DNA of 64,000 nt from Eledone cirrhosa (taxonomy: Eukaryota), in the NCBI GenBank assembly GCA_964016885.1, contig OZ024742.1:305536001-305600000 (forward strand), given 5' to 3'. This document shows, one piece after another, positions 56,335 to 64,000 of the stretch. The stretch's first letter is position 1, and each line of letters opens with the position of its first letter. The translations under genes were made by a program, and so were the position numbers. Under the pieces are notes generated by a model, which was not told the origin of the DNA, did no database searches, and was given only the letters and a program-made list of their open reading frames with translations.

Positions 56335-56672
56335 GGTTTTTATATCGGAGTTATCCCAGTTTCCTGAGTTGCCTTCTCCTAGAAGAAATGCCCTGAGAAA
56401 GGCTAGGGGGTCCTTCACTCCCAGTGGTTTAACCGCGCGATCGGGTGTCCAGTCCGACTATTTCTATGTCCCCGCGCATATACCCCACACATGCACCGAT
56501 GTATATACACATATATGTACATGTGTATATACATATTTACACACTTTTGGATGGCCGTTGAACCTAATGAGGTTCTTCCGCCCTTTGTCAGGTTTTGCAG
56601 GGTGTCCAAAAATCACGCTCCTCACCAAGTAAACTTGGTGGGGCTGCCGGTTTAGTCGCCGATGACCTGACC
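56335..56672 (-). mobile_element. Probable RTE-clade LINE 5' UTR relic, split by a TA/CA tract
   Basis: GC-rich and structured; TTGCCTTCTCCTAG and GGTTTAGTCGCCG resemble RTE 5' UTR motifs as I recall them; hairpin CACCAAG-TAAA-CTTGGTG. Confidence 0.45.
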
Positions 56673-56697
56673 ATATATATATATAATATATATATAA

Positions 56698-56729
<32 letters not shown>

Positions 56730-56730
56730 G

Positions 56731-56795
<65 letters not shown>

Positions 56796-58089
56796 ATATA
56801 TATATACATACATATATACATACATATATATATATATACATACATATATACAATACATATATATATATATATACATATATATATACACACGCAAACACAC
56901 AAATATAGTGAGGAGAGAACGAGAGTGATGAAGATAGAGGTAAAAGTTGTGCGATTGAATGAAACCAACTTTATGATAAATTTCCTAGCAATAATAAATG
57001 TATGTTTAAAGGAACGTCAACAACAATAACAACAATAACAACAACGATACAACAATGTTAACAACAACAACAACATCGAGAATTATATTAGTGCAGCTAA
57101 ACTCAGCACCAGCACCAGCAGCAGTAATCAATGCTATAAGCATAACTGTAACATTACTGGGAGATGATAGGGGGTAATGATAATAATGGCGGCGAGGGGA
57201 GGGGGGCCCCTGATGATTATGATGATGATGGTGGTGGTGATGGTGATGTTGTTGTTTTAGTTTTTTTGCGGGTGGTGGTAGAGGTAGTGGGTGTGTGTGT
57301 GTGTGTGCGTTATAATAAGTTTTGGTGGTGGTGGTGGTGGTGGTGGTGTTGGTGGTAGTGTTGATGGTGGCTGTGATGGTGGTAGAAGTAGCGGGGGTGG
57401 TGTGTGATGATAATAGGCTTTGGTGGTGGTGGTGGTGGTGGTGGTGGTGGTGATGGTCGTGTTGATGGTGGTGGTGATGGCGATATTGTTTTTTGTTGTT
57501 GGCGGTGGTGGTGGTGGTGGTGGTAGAGATAGTAGGTAGTGGTGGTGGTAGTTGAGGTAGTAGAGCGGTGTTGATAATGGCTGAAGGTGGTGGCGATGGT
57601 GGCGATGGTAGTGGCGATGGTGGTGGTGGTGGTTGTGGTGGTGGTGGTGGTGGTGGTGGTGGTGGTGGTGGTGGTGGTGGTGGTGTTTGTTCAATAATAA
57701 TTTATACATAAACATTCAGCACAAAAATTGGTACCAAAAATATGTAAATAATGTTAATGTTGATGGTGATGATGATGATAACTAAGTTGATGATGTTGAT
57801 GGTGATGATGATGATGATGGTGATGGTTAATTATAGCGATGATGATGATGATAATGATGTTCCTGAAGATAATGATGTTGATAATTATGACAACCAGAAC
57901 AAGAGGTACAGCAGTAGTAGCAGTAGTAGCAGCAGCAGCAGCAGCAGCAGCAGTAGCAGTAGTAGTAGTAGTAGTAGTAGTTGTTGTGGAGATGGTGGAG
58001 GTGGTGCTGCTTCTGGCGGTGGTATTGTTGTAACAGCAAAAATAACAACAACAACAACAACAATAACGACAGTAAGCATGATGTTAGGG

Positions 58090-58700
58090 GTGGTGGTGGT
58101 GTGTCAGTGGTTTGTGATGTTGGTAGTGGTGGTGGAGGTGGTGGCGTGTCACTGGTGTGGTGGTGGTGGTGGTGTGTCAGTGGTTGTGGTGTTGGTGGTA
58201 GTGGTGGTGGTGGTGGTGGTGGTGGTGTGTCAGTGGTTTGTGATGTTGGTGGTGGTGGTGGAGGTGGTGGCGTGTCACTGGTGTGGTGGTGGTGGTGGTG
58301 TGTCAGTGGTTGTGGTGTTGGTGGTATTGGTGGTGGTGGTGGTGGTGTGTCAGTGGTTTGTGATGTTGGTGGTGGTGGTGGAGGTGGTGGCGTGTCACTG
58401 GTGTGGTGGTGGTGGTGGTGTGTCAGTGGTTGTGGTGTTGGTGGTAGTGGTGGTGGTGGTGGTGGTGGTGTGTCAGTGGTTTGTGATGTTGGTGGTGGTG
58501 GTGGAGGTGGTGGCGTGTCACTGGTGTGGTGGTGGTGGTGGTGTGTCAGTGGTTGTGGTGTTGGTGGTAGTGGTGGTGGTGGTGGTGGTGGTGTGTCAGT
58601 GGTTTGTGATGTTGGTGGTGGTGGTGGAGGTGGTGGCGTGTCACTGGTGTGGTGGTGGTGGTGGTGTGTCAGTGGTTGTGGTGTTGGTGGTGGTGGTGTG
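58090..58700. repeat. GGT-rich ~120-126-bp minisatellite, ~5 copies
   Basis: GTGTCAGTGGTTTGTGATG / GCGTGTCACTGG anchors with variable (GGT)n. Confidence 0.9.
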
Positions 58701-59309
58701 TCACTGGTGTGGTGGCGGTGGCGGTGGTGGTGGTGGTGGTGGTAGTGGGGGCGTGTCAGTTGTTGTGGTGTTGGTGGTGGTGGGTGATGGTGGTGTGTCA
58801 ATGGTGGTGGTGGTGGTGGTGGTGGCGTGTCATGGTTGTGGTGGTATTGATAGTGGTGGTGGTGGTGGTGGTGGTGGTGGTAGTGGTTATGGTAGTATGT
58901 CAGTGCTGAGGTGTTGTTAATAGTGTTGTTATTGTTGTTGTTTGTGGTGGTGGTAAGGGTGGCGGCGGCGGCGGTGGTGGTGGTAGTGGTATGTCAGTGG
59001 TGTGGTGTGGTTAATGGTGGTGGTATTGGTTGTAGAGAAAAAAAAATTATAGAAAACACAAACAACTAAACTATCGAACTATTAAAGTGCGTCAACACGG
59101 TTGCATTAAATAGTTGATGGTGGTGATGATGATGGTGGTGGTAGTGGTGGTGATGGTAGTGGTGATGGTGATGGTGGTGGTAGTGGTGGTGATGGCGATG
59201 GTGGTAGTGATGGTGGTGGTGGTGGTGGTGGTAGTGATGGTGGTGGTGGTGGTAGTGATAGTGATAGTTGTGATAGTGGTAGTGGTGATGATGGTGGTAG
59301 TGATGATGA

Positions 59310-61230
59310 TGGTGGTGGTGATAGTGGTGTTAGAGATGTTGGTGGTGGTGATAGTGGTGTTAGAGATGATGGTGGTGGTGATAGTGGTGTTAGAGATGAT
59401 GGTGGTGGTGATAGTGGTGTTAGAGATGTTGGTGGTGGTGATAGTGGTGTTAGAGATGTTGGTGGTGGTGATAGTGGTGTTAGAGATGATGGTGGTGGTG
59501 ATAGTGGTGTTAGAGATGTTGGTGGTGGTGATAGTGGTGTTAGATATGTTGGTGGTGGTGATAGTGGTGTTAGAGATGTTGGTGGTGGTGATAGTGGTGT
59601 TAGATATGTTGGTGGTGGTGATAGTGGTGTTAGATATGTTGGTGGTGGTGATAGTGGTGTTAGAGATGTTGGTGGTGGTGATAGTGGTGTTAGAGATGTT
59701 GATGGTGGTGATAGTGGTGTTAGAGATGATGGTGGTGGTGATAGTGGTGTTAGAGATGTTGGTGGTGGTGATAGTGGTGTTAGATATGTTGGTGGTGGTG
59801 ATAGTGGTGTTAGAGATGTTGGTGGTGGTGATAGTGGTGTTAGAGATGTTGGTGGTGGTGATAGTGGTGTTAGAGATGTTGGTGGTGGTGATAGTGGTGT
59901 TAGAGATGTTGGTGGTGGTGATAGTGGTGTTAGAGATGTTGATGGTGGTGATAGTGGTGTTAGAGATGTTGGTGGTGGTGATAGTGGTGTTAGAGATGAT
60001 GGTGGTGGTGATAGTGGTGTTAGATATGTTGGTGGTGGTGATAGTGGTGTTAGAGATGTTGGTGGTGGTGATAGTGGTGTTAGAGATGTTGATGGTGGTG
60101 ATAGTGGTGTTAGAGATGATGGTGGTGGTGATAGTGGTGTTAGATATGTTGGTGGTGGTGATAGTGGTGTTAGAGATGTTGGTGGTGGTGATAGTGGTGT
60201 TAGAGATGTTGGTGGTGGTGATAGTGGTGTTAGAGATGTTGGTGGTGGTGATAGTGGTGTTAGAGATGTTGATGGTGGTGATAGTGGTGTTAGAGATGTT
60301 GGTGGTGGTGATAGTGGTGTTAGAGATGATGGTGGTGGTGATAGTGGTGTTAGATATGTTGGTGGTGGTGATAGTGGTGTTAGAGATGTTGGTGGTGGTG
60401 ATAGTGGTGTTAGAGATGTTGATGGTGGTGATAGTGGTGTTAGAGATGATGGTGGTGGTGATAGTGGTGTTAGATATGTTGGTGGTGGTGATAGTGGTGT
60501 TAGAGATGTTGATGGTGGTGATAGTGGTGTTAGAGATGTTGGTGGTGGTGATAGTGGTGTTAGAGATGTTGGTGGTGGTGATAGTGGTGTTAGAGATGAT
60601 GGTGGTGGTGATAGTGGTGTTAGAGATGTTGGTGGTGGTGATAGTGGTGTTAGAGATGTTGGTGGTGGTGTTAGTGGTGTTAGAGATGTTGGTGGTGGTG
60701 ATAGTGGTGTTAGAGATGTTGGTGGTGGTGATAGTGGTGTTAGAGATGTTGATGGTGGTGATAGTGGTGTTAGAGATGATGGTGGTGGTGATAGTGGTGT
60801 TAGATATGTTGGTGGTGATAGTGGTGTTAGAGATGTTGGTGGTGGTGATAGTGGTGTTAGATATGTTGGTGGTGGTGATAGTGGTGTTAGAGATGTTGGT
60901 GGTGGTGATAGTGGTGTTAGAGATGTTGATGGTGGTGATAGTGGTGTTAGAGATGATGGTGGTGGTGATAGTGGTGTTAGAGATGTTGGTGGTGGTGATA
61001 GTGGTGTTAGAGATGTTGGTGGTGGTGATAGTGGTGTTAGAGATGTTGGTGGTGGTGATAGTGGTGTTAGAGATGTTGGTGGTGGTGATAGTGGTGTTAG
61101 AGATGATGGTGGTGGTGATAGTGGTGTTAGAGATGTTGGTGGTGGTGATAGTGGTGTTAGATATGTTGGTGGTGGTGATAGTGGTGTTAGAGATGTTGGT
61201 GGTGGTGATAGTGGTGTTAGAGATGTTGGC
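59310..61230. repeat. 30-bp satellite, ~64 copies
   Basis: Unit GGTGGTGGTGATAGTGGTGTTAGAGATGTT. Confidence 0.97.
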
Positions 61231-61349
61231 AGTGGAGATCGTGATAGTGGTGTTGGAATTGGTGGTAGTGAAGTTGGTGGAGGTGATGGTAGTGGAGGGG
61301 CACAGTGATAGTGGTGTTGGTGTTGATGGTGATGGTAGTGTGGTTGTTG

Positions 61350-61740
61350 TTGTTAATTGTAGTGTTGTTAATTGTAGTGTTAATTGTAGTGTTGCTAATT
61401 GTAGTGTTAATTGTAGTGTTAATTGTAGTGTTGTTAATTGTAGCGTTGTTAATTGTAGTGTTAATTGTAGTGTTGTTAATTGTAGTGTTAATTGTAGTGG
61501 TGCTAATTGTAGTGTTAATTGTAGTGGTGTTAATTGTAGTGTTAATTGTAGTGTTGTTAATTGTAGTGGTGTTAATTGTAGTGTTGTTAATTGTAGTGTT
61601 GTTAATTGTAGTGTTAATTGTAGTGTTGTTAATTGTAGTGTTAATTGTAGTGTTGTTAATTGTAGTTTTAATTGTAGTGTTGTTAATTGTAGTGTTAATT
61701 GTAGTGTTGTTAATTGTAGTGTTGTTAATTGTAGTGGTGT
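61350..61740. repeat. 12/15-bp minisatellite AATTGTAGTGTT(GTT)
   Basis: Direct reading. Confidence 0.92.
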
Positions 61741-61923
61741 TGTGAGTAGATTTCATAGAGAAGTGATGAGGTGTGTATAGAGAGACGAGTGTTTGTGAAT
61801 AAGAGAGAGAGACGTGAATGTATGTCTGAGGGAGAAAGAGAGAGAGAGAGAGATGTGTGTGTTTAACTGAAAGAGTGAAATGTGTGTGAGAGAGTTAGAT
61901 AGATAGAGAGATAGAGAGAGAGT

Positions 61924-61963
<40 letters not shown>

Positions 61964-62092
61964 TGAGTGTGTATGTTTGAGAAAGAGAGAGATAGAGAGA
62001 GAGACGTTTGTGTATGTTTGAGAGAGAGAGACGTTGTGTATGTTTGAGAGAGAGAGAGATAGAGATAGAGAGAGACGTTGTGTGTGTTTGAG

Positions 62093-62125
<33 letters not shown>

Positions 62126-62321
62126 AATGAGTGTGCATGGTTGGGAGAGAAAGGTAGATGTGCGGGTGTTTGAGAAAGAGATGTGTGTGTGTGTGTGTGT
62201 GTTGAGTGTGGGGGTGGGAAGATAGAAATGAAAATGTCTGTTTAAGAAATAGAAGCATAAAAGTATGTGTGTGTGTGTGTGTGTGGGTGTGTGAATGTTT
62301 GAGAAGAAAGTGAGACAGAGA

Positions 62322-62360
<39 letters not shown>

Positions 62361-62365
62361 AGAGA

Positions 62366-62414
<49 letters not shown>

Positions 62415-62494
62415 AGGGAGAGAGTTAAAAGTGTGTACTTGTCGGAGAGACAGAGAAATAGACAGAAGTGAATGTTTGTTTGTTTGTTTGTTTG

Positions 62495-62569
<75 letters not shown>

Positions 62570-62873
62570 GAGCGTGCATAGGTGTTTTTAAGAGAGAGGA
62601 AAAGTGACAGTAAGAGAAAGGAGAGAGTAAAGAGGAGTTGTAGAGATTTTTGAAAAGTGAAGTACGGTGAATGAGAATTATAAAAATAATGAGAAACAAA
62701 GAGAGAATAAGAGAGAGAGAGAGAGATAGTGAGATAGGGAGGGGGTAAAGAGGGAGACAGAGAGAATGACAGTGAAAGATTAAAAGATTAAGACAAGAGA
62801 GAGGGGTGGATGTAGATATGAACACTTAGTAAAAATAGAGCAAAATTAAATACATACTTACATACTTACATAG

Positions 62874-62934
<61 letters not shown>

Positions 62935-62936
<2 letters not shown>

Positions 62937-62990
62937 GGAACAAGTAGGACCCCGACGGCTGAGCTCAAGCCGTTTCGAAGGCTAATTCTG
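62935..62990 (-). mobile_element. PLE family 4 HHR 3'-half fragment in (TA)n
   Basis: AGGAACAAGTAGGACCCCGACGGCTGAGCTCAAGCCGTTTCGAAGGCTAATTCTG. Confidence 0.75.
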
Positions 62991-63143
62991 ATATATATAT
63001 ACATATAAAAACCCAAACATATATGCATACAGACACACGAAAACATCTATACGTGAATGCATTTATATATTTATGCTCCTGTGTGTTTACATGTATATGT
63101 ATATATATGTGTGTGTGTGTGTATGTATATTATATATTTATAG

Positions 63144-63205
<62 letters not shown>

Positions 63206-63212
63206 CATACAA

Positions 63213-63243
<31 letters not shown>

Positions 63244-63265
63244 ATATACATACAAACACACACAC

Positions 63266-63339
<74 letters not shown>

Positions 63340-63396
63340 TTGTATGTATATTATATATATATATATATATAATATACATACAAACACACACACACG

Positions 63397-63435
<39 letters not shown>

Positions 63436-63568
63436 TCATAGTTATACTTCGTGACTTCAAAACCAAAAATGTGTGTGCGTGTCTAGAGGGAGAGAAGAGG
63501 GGGTGGGGTACAATTTATTAGAACTGACGCAAAGAAAATGAGGATTAAAAGTAGTGATAAAAGAAGAG

Positions 63569-63645
<77 letters not shown>

Positions 63646-64000
63646 TGTATGAGGTATAGTTAGAGAGAGAACATGGGAGGGAGTGAAGAGAAAGAGAAAT
63701 GCAGAGAATTTATTAAAATTGAAGTATAGAAATTGAAGATATATATGTACATGTGTGTCTGAGTGTGTGTTCGTATATTTATATTTTTATATCTGTGTGT
63801 GTGTGTATTTGCTTATTCATAAAAAAAAGTGTGTGTATGTGTGTGTATGTGTATGTGTGTGTTTGTATGCACAAACAAAATGTGTAGAAAGCCAGGTAGA
63901 GAGGGAAAAATTGATATAAGTACAAGCAGTCATAGTGGGACACATGCATACATACACTTATAAACGGTGCACGCACACATGCACACACACACATACATAT

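Noticed and set aside
57751-61780. 389-aa, 324-aa and 888-aa Val/Pro/His-rich ORFs
   Set aside because: Products of GGT-based and 30-bp tandem repeats

Overview
AT-rich, microsatellite-saturated eukaryotic non-genic (intergenic or large-intron) DNA. The SINE content and (TA)n/(CA)n density suggest an octopus/cephalopod genome (inference). I can support no host protein-coding exon, and nearly all long ORFs are translations of simple repeats or minisatellites. Real content: many tRNA-derived SINEs, an internally deleted Helitron, a CRE-type restriction-like endonuclease relic, small MITEs, several satellites (42-bp with a 168-bp higher-order repeat, 49-bp, 30-bp), and two Penelope-like (PLE) GIY-YIG elements. 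The (TA)n tracts host at least six unrelated hammerhead-ribozyme (HHR) families. The most unusual signal is a twice-present, near-identical element whose hammerhead core strands occur in a non-circularly-permuted order with a canonical kink-turn in helix III (23889-23953 +, 32847-32911 -). Other highlights are a PLE hammerhead with a U3:A8 core, an apparently RT-less PLE with an intact endonuclease ORF, and a retrozyme-like non-coding unit. All RNA structures were paired by eye; none is experimentally or computationally confirmed.
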